DNA of 63,006 bases, counting the filler, from Choristocarpus tenellus KU-1152 (Eukaryota > Protista > Phaeophyceae), in assembly GCA_964200185.2 (NCBI GenBank). It is 7 parts of 7 records of this genome, joined end to end, with 100 filler letters (N's around TTAATTAATTAA, not from the genome) between each part and the next. Parts side by side here need not be neighbours in the genome. Positions count along the whole stretch, not along the records: positions 1 to 18,713 come from CAXNAD020000522.1; positions 18,814 to 28,717 come from CAXNAD020003294.1; 5 more parts are not named here. One strand, given 5' to 3'. The stretch's first letter is position 1; each line of letters starts with the position of its first letter. Below the pieces are notes generated by a model that did no database searches, was not told where the DNA came from, and saw nothing but the letters and a program-made list of their open reading frames with translations. Positions 15,501-26,728 of this stretch are shown in pieces. A program made the position numbers and the translations under genes.

Positions 15501-18500
15501 CTGAGCTCAAGATCCCATTTTTGCACCTGCGCAGAGAGCTGTTCCGAGCACAGACGGAAGGTGGCCACCATCTTCTGTGCACATTTTCTGTTTTCTAGGT
15601 ACCCGTAGCTAAAGAGCATAATCTCGCCAATTAGGGCATAGTCTGGTACCATCATCGCCACCGGGCGAAAGAGAGCCTCTAGATTATCCGGAAGCTCTGA
15701 GCGACCGGCATAACCAGGGTTCATTGTGATGAACACAGCAAAATCTGGATTGACAACAATGTCCGTCTTGCATATAAAGAGAGAATGTGGTGAGGGAGTT
15801 GAGTAGTATTAGTGGGAATAAAAGAGGACTGATTTTGTTTGTCATTTCCTGTTACTCCTGGCGCCAATGGAAGGTGCTCTAGGCGCACACATAAACGAAG
15901 CCCACCTCTTCAAACACAACACGCTTCTCCCCTCTTTGTACTGCGCCCTGCAGGGTCATAATCTGCTGTGCAATCACACTCAACACCTGATGCACCAGTG
16001 TGAAGATATGCAGGTTGGTTCATAGTGCGCAGTCTGCAATAGTAACTGGTGAAATATTCCCAGTCAATGCACTACAAGTTTTGATCAGGTGTCTGACAAT
16101 AACACCATATAGCCAATCAGAGAGAGAGAGCAACTTTGAATATTTTGCAGGTGATTAACTGAGGCAAGGATTGAAGGGGAAGGTATTACGATATTAACTT
16201 GTCATGCTACGACTTTCGTATCTTTAATCTCACCATCAATCACAGTGGACTCGATTTTTATTTGATTCGTAACTGGTTATCATACCGGGGTGCTCACCTC
16301 GATATTGATGCGGTTGAACTCATCGAAGCATGCCCATGCACCAGAAGATGCAAGGCCTTCCATTTTGTTCGGTTGTCAAGGAAGAAAAGGAGTGACTGGT
16401 GTTACATTCTCTCCAGAGTATATATAAATTTCTAGACCTCTACTTAACCAACACACACATTTGTCACAACTCCCTTGAATGCTTGTCAATATATTGTACA
16501 GACGTTGCTTACCCTTGAAAAATTTTCCCATAGCCAGATAGTCAAGGCCATCAGAGCAGTTGAAAACTACACACTGCTTTGCAAGCGCCTTGGCCAGATC
16601 CTTTGTTGTTTCTGTCTTTCCAGTTCCGGCAGGGCCTGCAGGCGCTCCCCCTAGAATCATCTGAATTATTTCAAATTGGTTCAGTGCCATTTTATCAAGA
16701 GGAAGCTTTGCTCCTACCCCACAATATAGGACCTGTTTTAAATTTTTGGGTACTGAATAGGAGGTGTTCATAGTTCCTTGTTGATATCACCAGGAGTGAG
16801 AATACTTGTCATTGTTGAACGTTAGGAACAGGAGGCACATGACGTGTACATGCAATATTGTGGTACATAGTCCTCTACACCCAGGGGAGTTGAATGCAGT
16901 AAGAAGACCACAACATTGTGTATTGTATGTTGGCTTAGAAAACAAGTCTGCGTATTGCAGTTTACTTCAAGGGTCCGCTAGGGGGCTCAATCACCTGCAA
17001 TGCACTCATGATGGTTAAGTAACACTTGTCCGTGAGAGGAGTGATCACCAGCCGGAAGGAGTTGCCAAGGTACTCATAACCATACTGTCGCTCACTGGAC
17101 ACCATCACAACCTGAGAGCAAACGAGTACAGTTATGTTCCTTCTGGAAAAGTGAGGAGAAGAAATTGGCCAATGTTACGTATATTGTGTTTGACCTGAAC
17201 TTCAACTTAAATTTGAACAGACTGTAGGTTAGCGATGGTATTATTGCAGCACTATTGTCGTGTCGGTCACATCGAAACGAAATAAGGATATAGAATATAT
17301 ACAGTGTGAGGTTTCGTGTTATTGATTGGCTTGTTGAGTCTCTGTTATCAAAGTTACCTTGAGATCGCCCGTCTCATAATCGCCCCGCCAGTAGAAACGC
17401 ATCTGCGATATCCAGTCAAAATCTGTGACAGCAGTCACTCCTGCATCTGCCATCTGATTCAACAATACAGTGAACAATCAAAGCACAAGACAAAAAAAAT
17501 TGTCCTTAATAAGGAGTTCCAGTCATGGCTGTTCATCTTGGATGTAACTTGAACTAGTCTGTAGTACAAAGCGAAACTGTAGAGTGCTATAGACGGAAAA
17601 AATAACATTACAGTTCATGCTATAACATCCAATCTCTATATATTTGATAAGGTAGAAAAATGTAGCATTGCCTTCTTCATGACGTCACGGGCGTGGACAT
17701 CAATGACAGCAAGAGCCCCAATTGTGACTCTGGCCATCTTGGAGAGCTTGCCCCGAATTAGGTACACCATGTCATTCAACTGCTTTATCAGCTGGTCATA
17801 GTAGGCTCTCACTCCCTCGTTCCCTGCCTCTTTCATTGCATTTTCAGTTTCCATCGTCCAGTGAACCTAACATCCAGAAGTGGGTGGCATAGCAAATGAA
17901 AAAGTTGAGGGATGAGGTTCCCAATAGATTCAGTACGTGCAGATGGGAAGCTATTACGGAAACAAATTTGAGGCATTGAAGCGACTGTAATACTTAGGTG
18001 GAGAATAGAACAAGAACCATTCTGTCTAAGAGGGGAATGTGGATCTTTCATTTACACCGCAAAAACACCTTCTACCTCACACCCCATTTCCATAGGCAAA
18101 GTGTAGCCAACCCCCCATAGGAGGCTAAGACTTTAGAAGGACAAATATTTGTCCACATGAGCACGCAATTGTCCTTTAGAGAGCTGGAAGCATACGTGAT
18201 AGAAAGCAGTCACAATGGCCCTAAATACTCAAAGATACCCCCCTCTGTGACAGGATGGACCTAAAGTAGGATGCTTTATCTTGATAATGTGTATTACAAC
18301 AACAGTAAGACTTTTCTCCACTTTGTCCAGACAGTAATGAATTCAAGCTTAGAAAACGCAGACATCCACCGGGCATGATCAGTCTTGTAGCTGCACAAGT
18401 ATAAGGTGCTACATTAAAATTTACCAATTTGTATCAGGAAAAGCAAGACCTTGCTAAAATGCTGCAGTATTGGAGAGTGAAGAGATGAAATCCCCGAAAG

Positions 18501-18650
18501 CTCACTAAATATACAATGTCCTGCCTGGGATCCATTCAAGACAATCTGTCCTGGCCATCGCTGCATCCAGTCAGTACGGTCCGTCTCAAAGTAGTCCTGC
18601 ACCCCCAATAGCATCTGTTCCCTCACACTCTTGCACATCATGTCACAGAC
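538..18650 (-). CDS. DNAH1: Axonemal single-headed inner-arm dynein heavy chain (DNAH1-like), partial: end of linker, AAA1-AAA4, stalk coiled coil and start of microtubule-binding domain
   Basis: 34 phase-consistent exons (4779 nt, 1593 codons): 18525-18650, 17672-17866, 17358-17453, 16995-17111, 16513-16660, 16298-16356, 15906-15986, 15527-15766, 14840-14953, 14372-14524, 13498-13635, 13071-13187, 12243-12377, 11615-11814, 10913-10997, 10158-10366, 9760-9882, 8885-8997, 8476-8594, 8115-8281, 7564-7689, 6967-7180, 5898-6149, 5393-5541, 4738-4837, 4450-4563, 3552-3713, 3225-3365, 2622-2699, 2255-2425, 1836-1997, 1493-1642, 1033-1146, 538-648. P-loops [33 protein letters not shown]; motifs [53 protein letters not shown]. 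Dynein identity is certain; the DNAH1 subtype is a recollection-based best guess from [24 protein letters not shown]. Confidence 0.95.
5029..5286. mobile_element. MITE family B (258 bp) in a dynein intron
   Basis: TIRs GAGCCAAAGTATCTTAGAGGGTA ... TACCCTCTAAGATACTTTCACTC; homologous to 30673, 38605, 59424. Confidence 0.9.
9233..9412. mobile_element. MITE family A (180 bp) in a dynein intron
   Basis: TIRs GGTTCAAAGTATCTGGGG ... CCCACAGATACTTTGTGTC; flanks TTTA/TTCA (3 of 4 match). Confidence 0.88.
12650..12877. mobile_element. MITE family E in a dynein intron
   Basis: GAGCCAAAGTAGATAAGAGGTACC ... CTCTCATTTACTTAGACTC; internal TCACCCATAATTCTATGGATAAAGTTCTAGGTTTGACTTGAG matches the reverse complement of 47867-48128. 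Confidence 0.75.
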
Positions 18651-18672
18651 CTGCAATAAGTTCAAGTAGAAA

Positions 18673-18713
18673 GAGTCAAAGTATCTTAGAGGGTACAGCC
18701 GCGTCTATTTGGG
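18673..18713. mobile_element. MITE family B left end at contig break
   Basis: GAGTCAAAGTATCTTAGAGGGTACAGCCGCGTCTATTTGGG. Confidence 0.8.
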
Positions 18714-18813
18714 NNNNNNNNNNNNNNNNNNNNNNNNNNNNNNNNNNNNNNNNNNNNTTAATTAATTAANNNNNNNNNNNNNNNNNNNNNNNNNNNNNNN
18801 NNNNNNNNNNNNN
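18714..18813. other. Artificial contig spacer
   Basis: N run with central TTAATTAATTAA (stops in all six frames). Confidence 0.98.
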
Positions 18814-21800
18814 GCTCCCTTGCAAGCATGAGGTGAGTCATTTTAGTTGGGGGGGGGGGTGCAATCAAACCATCCTCCCTGTCCTCCTCCTCTTCCTCTT
18901 CCTCATAGCCATCTTCATCCTCCCACCAGCCCTCCGCCTTAACACCCTCCCCCTCCGTAAGGTCGATGATGAGCCCAACCGCCTCCATGGCCGCCCTTAC
19001 CTTGGCCTCAGCAGCAGGGGAGGGGGCACAAGCGTCCTCGCCAGAGGTAGAAGACAACGTGCGGTAGAGTTTGCACAGGGCTTTTCTCAAACCGTCATCC
19101 AACGATGCCACAAGAGACAGGTCCAAGAGGCCAACCTTGAGGAAGTTTGGAGAGATTTGCATTTTGTGTGTGAGTGTCATAACCCCGGTGTGTGGGGGGG
19201 GTGGAGGGCAGATAGCAGGACACGATGGCAAGCTTTACTTTGGTTGCACAGGTGTGTGTGTGTGTGTGTGTGTGTCGAGTGACACCATCGGTAGTGGTGA
19301 CAAGTGGTGGCAAACGCAAAATATCTGGAATGGACACATCTTAGTATTGGCATGTATCCCACTTTTGTTCATTTCAAGAATCGTTGCCAAGCCTATCAAT
19401 TCAATGTGTGTGAAAGGGAGATAGAGACTGCGCAGGATCAACAAGAAGGCACAACGTTCACTACTGGTACACAAAATGGAGGGGACAAAAGTAACAAGCA
19501 AACGAATGTAAAAACTCCCCTTGATCCCAATCTTTCTTCAAAGAATCGTGGAAGAGGATACAACAGAAACTCATCTCAGAACAAGGGCAATCCGAACAGA
19601 CTGGCCCTCGCAACCTTCACCCTCTCCCTCCCACATACGCATACACATACCTGGCCATCATACATGTACAGCATGTTCCCTGGAGAGGGATTCGGGGGGA
19701 AGCAACCATCCCTCAGCACAAGATGTCCAAAGGACACAAATATTCTCTTGACAAATTGAACTCTCTCCTTCCTTGTGTGGGCCACAGTGTGCTCCATAAT
19801 GTCATGATCAGCAACCACAACCCCCCGCGGCGGTGCCGTCACCAACATTCCCCTAGCAGCCAGGGGTCCCAACCCTGGGCAGGACACAACCTCAGGTATA
19901 TCAATGTCCACTCCGAGCATTCCCGAGCGTGCCAGATTGTTCCTCAATCGTCGGATACCCTCAGCCTCTATCAGGAGGTCTCCCTTAGCACGAATTGATC
20001 GCATCAGCTCCGCTTCTACGCCTGAGAAGTCTGCTACCACACCTTGGCAAAAGCGCCACCGCCGAGCAATTCGCCCAGCCACTGCCACATCATCCAGTGC
20101 AAGGAACCGCTGCTTGCGGTCTACACACTTTACATTTACGACCCACGGCCCTGGTCCTGCCTCAGAAGAGACATCGGAGGAGGAGCTACGGTGCAGGACA
20201 TCGTCCACACTCTCACCGCTACGCTCCCTCACCTTGCTGTCACTTATGCCGGAAAACTCTGCTAATGCGGCATACGACCTGCAAATTCCCGATCCTGGAA
20301 CCACAACTGGGGTGACGTTGTGGAAGCGGAGCAATGGTGTATAGGGGGGCAGTTCCAGACCTTTCCCAACTTCCAGCGCAGGGGGTTCGTCTACCTCTTC
20401 CTGCGCAGGCGCAATGACAACTTCTATCCCACTGGCCTCATCTTCCTCCTTGGCAGATTCAACAATATTGGCAGAGATTGAAGGTGCAGCAGTTTCAGAA
20501 ACAGTAGTAGAAGTGGAGGTAATGTTCACACTCTCCACGACATCTTGTACAACCACTTCAGTCTCAGTTTCCCCCTCCTCGTCCTCTTCCTCCTCCTCCC
20601 CATTCACAGGCGAGACTGTGGTCGTATCTGTGTGCACAAACTCTGAGGTATCCTTTTCTTCCACCTCAGAGTCAGCACTGTCGCCAGACAAAGCACTCAC
20701 AGCCGCCTTGATTGTGTCGGGGGGGATCTCTGCTGCATCCATGACTGACCCTTTGTCGCCTGTTTGGCTAGGTTGGGGTGCCCCCTCACCCTTATTTGAT
20801 TGGGAACGGCGCTCATGGCTGGACTGCCTACGCTGTGCCTTCCTCTGCTCTGCTGCAAACTTCCCCTCCAATACTGCTCGAATCACCTGATTACCATAAG
20901 TCTTCTTCATCTCTTGATCAAGAAGGCGGAGATCTCGTCTCTGGGATGGGGGGATGAAGGCTGCAGTGTGAAGAGGTTAGTGCATCTCTATCGTGGGCTT
21001 GGATTGGGTGAGGTTGCTTGGGGTTGAGAGAAATGGATAAGTCAAACACAGGTAAGTGATGTCCTCCTCTGCTAATTCACGACCTCCAACAGATCAATGT
21101 CTTGTCCAGGCAAAGCAAAGTCCATACTCTCCGAAGGCAATCTACAGAGAGAGGGATCGAACTAGGTGGGGGATTGCACTGCAAAAAAAGCGAATTCCAG
21201 GTAACAGCATGTATTCCCAATTTCAAGATAAGAGAATGGTGCCAGCAGCAACCCACCGCAGCAGATATCAGGGACATGTGATGACATACTATCACAAGTT
21301 ACTGAGCTTAAGTTCTTAGGTGCGAAATTGAGAGGGACCCACAGCATTCTCCCACCCCTGGCTTCCTGAATCAGGGTAGCCAAACAATATGGCTCCATAT
21401 GCACACCTAAACACTTCATAAAATGGATAAGTCAGATGCAGGAAAATACAGAAAACGAAGTAGAAGAGCACGCACTCGTGCCACGCAGGTGGTGGGACGA
21501 TCCGTTGGCCAATATGGTAGGTCAAGCCCTCTTGCCACAACCTCCATCTCCCCAAGGACTGCAGGGAACAGGCCTTGCATGTTGTTCGCTGCATGTGCAG
21601 CATCACGGAATATCCGATTTAGAGAGGATGGAGGGCTGCTGGGCACATAGCTCAGCCTGCGAACCCTCCAAAAGCCCAGCTGTGGAACGGTGAGAATATT
21701 TCAAACCAGTCCCAACCATGTCAGGATTGGATGTAGAGGTGGGTGGCGGATCAGCTAGGTTAGGTAGGGGGTAGAGTTCACGAGCTGCTTTGATATTGAA

Positions 21801-22711
21801 CATATATTCTCTTGCGAGTTGGAATGTGGGATACTACCTCACTGTGGATCGTACATCAGCTGTAACACTAAGATTCCCATAAGCTGCATCATCTCCAACA
21901 AATGAGAGACAAAGACTCGATTGCCTTTATAAAATCACCCCCATAAAGAGGGCTGCCTGCTTGGTTCTACGTGTAGATACAACAGCGCTGTAAGTTCTGA
22001 TACGGACTTAAGCAATTACCTGAGAGTATCAAAGACCGAGCCTTACATCCATTTCCTTTATGTCCATCACAGCGCTCCGCTATTCCACCTAATCAAGTTC
22101 AGCATCCTTGCATTTCAAATGATTTCGTAATATAAGCGGTTACGCAGTTCCCATTGCTCGTAGATAAGCTGGAACGAGCTTACCTGTGTGCGTAGGCGGA
22201 AAAGGCCGGCTTTCAACACCAGTTTACGCCATAGCCGGAACCGAACCACTCTCAGTATAACCCCTAGAAGCGCGAGGTGGAGAGGTGGACTCCCCAGCAA
22301 TCTAGATCCCTCCCCTTTACAGAAAGACTCGACGTCATGCGACCTCACCAATGCCGCCGCCACATACGCAAGATTAACAGCATTGTGGGCAGGAGGAGGA
22401 AGGAACCATCGCATTCCAGTTGCGGAGGCCGCATACGCAGCACTCTTGGGTACCGATGTTGCTACCTTGGTGGCAACCGGAAGAATCACTGCCGAGGCAT
22501 TGAACCCATTTGTCTTGAAGGGATCCCAGAACGAAAAGCTCTCATCGTCGAAAGAAACTTTGACTTTTTGGGGGACAACTGCATCCCTTTGGTGGGAGCT
22601 CCACCATTTTCGGGCTTCTGCTTGGCAGACTAAGGATACCAAAACATAAAACGAGAAAATTAATTTTGATGCCGTAATGGCGATCTTGCCGCAACAGGTC
22701 AAGGGAGTCAT
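18814..22711 (-). CDS. ABC1/UbiB (ABC1K) atypical kinase-like protein, probable pseudokinase, 3' partial
   Basis: Large exon 19651-20960 (branch point CTAAC, acceptor CTGCAG) and exon 18814-19135 give the ordered UbiB-like motifs VNVKCV, KGDLLIEA, IPEVV, DGCFPPNPSPGNMLY, VGLLDLSL. Probable first exon 22184-22711 has a hydrophobic N-terminal leader. Exons between 20961 and 22183 not resolved, so linkage of exon 1 is inferred. Confidence 0.7.
19252..19275. repeat. (GT)n microsatellite
   Basis: Direct reading. Confidence 0.9.
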
Positions 22712-22871
22712 CTACCTCCCTCTTTTGTTTCAATGAAGTGTCAGATACCATGCCCTCGTCAAACTTGAAGATCAACAGTTTGCTACAGACATGGCAGGCG
22801 GTTTTGTATCTGAAAGTAAACCAAAATTGATATAACATGATGATCCAGACATAAACCTTACAAATACCTCA
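22712..22871. promoter_or_regulatory. Putative bidirectional promoter
   Basis: 160 bp between divergent ATGs at 22711(-) and 22872(+). Confidence 0.45.
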
Positions 22872-25717
22872 ATGATGGCGAGAGTCACCCTTTTGCAGCT
22901 TCTACTTCTGGCAGCAAGAGTTTCTGCTTATACATTGGTTGGGGTTTCTTCTCGCCAACTCCGAGATATGGGAAGCTCCATTGCTTTGAGAATGGGGGTG
23001 GAAACTTGGACAACTCTGACCGATGTGCCTGCACCACAGCGCCGATCCGTTTGGTTGCATCGGACCGCCGAAGCCGGAGGTCTTCTCTTCAGTTGGGGTC
23101 TGTGTCCAAAGCTAGCCACGGCGGAGGCATTCGAAGAATACAAGACACCAGGTGGTAGCTTTCAATTAAAGTACCCTGCCTCTTTCAAGCAGTTCACGAA
23201 GCCCCTCAAGACGCACAAGGAGGAGGTACGACGGTTGAGTTAGTCAAGCTGATCCTCCCTGGGTGGACCACACTCCTGGAAGGTCTTCTTACAATCTCCT
23301 CCACATGTCCCTGACCCCACCACCAGGTCAACTTCAAGAGCGAAGACACAAAGGGCTACGAGGTGGGCGTTGCGGTGAGAAGATGACCTGAACGCTAAAC
23401 ACTCCCTACCCCTCTGTTGGTGTTGATCAGGACCACTACCGAACGAATCATTTGGCCTTCACGACTTCTTGAGGCGGAAAATAGCTTTTTGCTCTCTGTG
23501 GCGGCTGCTTAGAAAGTGGAAGCAACTATCGTGAACTCCGTTCTCATGTAGTCCTACACTTCCTTATGCTATTGTTTGCAAACATAACTGCTACAATGAC
23601 TCTTATGCTGCTAGGAATATCTTCCCTCTGCACTTCCAGGTCACACACCAGCGCATGTTTGCCGATCGTAGACTAAGAGAAGATGATGTCACTTGTGACG
23701 AAAGTATATCTTCTGTAACGCCCCAACCTTCCAATCCTAAATTCCACGACAACACAGGTGGATCCCGTCACCATTGATGCACTGGAAAAGTTTGGCACTC
23801 CTGAGGAGGTAGGGGCAAGGGTACTCAAGGTGGAGCTTGGCAAGGACGGGACTCTCGACGCCAAGCTCTATGGCGCATCCTCAGAAAAACAGAGTGACTT
23901 GAGCCTGTATACGTTGGTGAGTCTCGCGTTTGGGGTCGGTTGTGACTGCATACCTGGAAATGTCATGCTATTGCCGATGGCCCAATGGATTGTGAGGGTC
24001 GCCAGGGTAGAGAAGTGTTTCCATGCGAAGCTGTAGTTGGTTCGTGTGCTATCGTCTTCCCCACTGCCAACATCCTCTCAATCTACAACACTTTCAGTTC
24101 TTTGTTGACCGCTGTGTCAACCCCTGCCTACAGTCGTGCTGGAGTGTAGCTGTGCTGTAAAACATACTTGAAATAGTACTCAGATAAATCTTCAGGTGTG
24201 ATGGATGTAAAAGGTACTTGCTACATGGAGTGTACTGAATACTAAGCGACCCACCCACACTGTCACCCCTGAAGCCTCCCCTATAGAGAGGCTGATCTCA
24301 TTCTCCCCAAAGGGTGCATGGTTGCATCAAGCAATCATGTGTGATGTGTCAGGGTCACTTGTAAGTGGTCCCTTCTTTGTTGTAATGGTCCAAACCTAGA
24401 CGCACTCTTGCGGCAGCAGCATGATGAGGCCTTGGCCTGTGCTCTAATATGTTTTGTCCATGGTGTATAGTATTACACTTTGCATGTTAAATTTCCCTGA
24501 AATAGAGGCAAACTGGTAGGTAGATATCGCCAGCAGGCCCCGCACGGTTGGTTGAGTGGATGAATATATATTTCGCCTCAAGTAGAATACTTGAAAGTGA
24601 GACTGCAGCAATGAATCTCCTTGCTCCAATCTGTTGATAGTGTACTTATTTTGACATCATTTCCCTGCTCATTTTAACAATACCTGCAGAGTATTGGATT
24701 GTTGAAGTCCATTGCTGCAGAGCTCTACACACCGAGGGTGTACTATTTCGGGGCCTGTGATTACTTGGTCGAGTGACTAGACTAGTGCTACAGGGTTGTC
24801 AGGGTTGGAGAAGAATTTCGTTTGGCAGTACCCACTGTGAGAGACTTTGGATTATATATGATTTTGAGCTATGAAGATTTTATAGCAGCCTGAATTATCA
24901 GAGAGGAATGCCTCATTGAAATTGCAACAAGGATTTTGAACTGCTGCTGAGTGCAGTACCCCAACAAGAGTACATTGGTCTTTTCCCTTGCATCCCTTGT
25001 GTTTGAGGATCGAAAATGCCTTTACCAGTTACTCATCGTTTTGTGCAATTGCTGCTGAACTATCCATTGCAGAGACTTCAATGAAGAGCTGTGCTGCATC
25101 ATCGTGGCAAATATAAACAACTTCACCAAACTTAAGAACCTCAACATTGTGGGCAATTTACAACCAACAGTATTGACATGTTTGTAAGATAAGAGTTGTT
25201 TAGATTTCGACATCATCCTTTTATTGAAAGGGAGTATATTGTACTTTAAGGTGTGTTTGTATGTTGTGTCCTTGTGGCAGTATGTCGAAAAGTTGTGCCT
25301 CAACAAGTGTGTAGTGCATCACAAATCGCCCAGTCAATCTGTTTGAGAGCATGGTGTATTGCAATAACTTTGAACACACAGAGTTCTAGTGCATGACGTA
25401 CATATTTCGTTTTTCGATCTATCCATCCCATCATACTGGTATTTATGGTACTACGATGGAGCCCATGCATCCCCTCATATGTACCATACAACACCCTTCG
25501 CCAACTATCAACAAACTGTTTCTCAACACCCCCGCCTCCCCACCCTCAGGACTATTTGGTCGAATCTACTAGGGGGGTAAAACATTTCCTGGCCAAGGTA
25601 ACCATCAAGGACAAACTGCTCTATGTTTGCACTGCACAGTCGAAAGAAAAAGACTACCCGGAGGTCAAGGCAGAACTTGCTGAGATTGTTAAGAGCTTCA
25701 GTGTGCCAGCTTTGTGA
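22872..25717 (+). CDS. PsbP-domain thylakoid lumen protein (PPD2-like)
   Basis: Exons 22872-23225, 23327-23374, 23758-23916, 25550-25717, all GT-AG phase 0. Signal peptide ending VSA-Y, transit peptide, RRS twin-Arg motif, ATA cleavage site; PsbP motifs FQLKYP, VDPVTIDALEKFGTPEEVG, DYLVESTRG, KLLYV, IVKSFSV. Confidence 0.88.
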
Positions 25718-26326
25718 CCCCTCTTTCCTCAACAATCAGCAATGCCAGAGGTCCTGCCCAGACACCTATTGAAATGTGGTGTGTGGCGAAAAAAATAGAC
25801 AGGGGTGGGCGGTTCTGATTCAGTAGGGTACTCTGGAGTTGTTCATAGTATAAATCTGCAGTTGAAAGGGACTCACAATATGAAGCTCTACACAGTGGGG
25901 AGTGGGATATGCTCTTTTGTCCCGGGTGTGGGATTTTTGCAAGGTCAAATGTTGCTTGTATGGTTTACGGTTCAATGTATTTTGTTCTGGCTCCAGAAGA
26001 CGTGGAGTAAAATTACAGCCATCTGCTCTACTATGAATTATTATCTATATTAGTATTGCTTCAGGTTAATAGTGAAGTGGTAGATGCCGATGTTCTGTCC
26101 TCCGTGTTATCGGGAGTATATGGTAGGAGCTTTATTTTTGCAGGAATTTGAGGTGACTGATGTTGGACCCAGACCGCTCATTCTATAGCCTGTGTGCATA
26201 CATTGAAGGCGAGAGGCCTGACAACCGCAGGTGGATAGAGCACGAGGGAGAGACAGTCAATAGCAGGATGATTGTGTAGCAGGTGTTATCGGGAGGCCTT
26301 GTGGTTGTTCGAAGCTCCCTATGTGA

Positions 26327-26349
26327 TCTCTCTCTCTCTCTCTCTCTCT
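26327..26349. repeat. (CT)n microsatellite
   Basis: Direct reading. Confidence 0.9.
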
Positions 26350-26728
26350 GCAAACTGTAACACTATTTTGAACTGAATGAATTCTAGGCTAAAATTAGAT
26401 CGATCACCTTGGAAAATTCCAATAAACTTGATTAAATTGTTGTTGGACAAGGTGAGGTGAGGTATGCAAAGCGCAATGAGTGGCATATAGTGCTGTGAGG
26501 CAATGGTGATTGGTCCTGCCGCAAGCAAGAAAATTGTTACTTACACTACTTTCTGTGCTCTTTCTCCACTGTCAGAAGCATGATATCCTGTAATATCTGA
26601 GACACACTATAGGTCATATTTTGCTCATGGATGGCCAAGATTATGTGGTTGAGTGGTGACTGCAAGGAGCGTAGATGAACATATCGTGGTTTCAATCCAG
26701 CCGTTACACAGTTCTTGGTTGGGATATA

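Noticed and set aside
538-18650. Introner-type repeated introns
   Set aside because: I saw no sequence similarity between whole introns; MITEs lie inside introns rather than forming them
19904-20890. Long plus-strand ORFs (146 and 158 aa)
   Set aside because: Antisense shadows of the GC-rich ABC1-like exon
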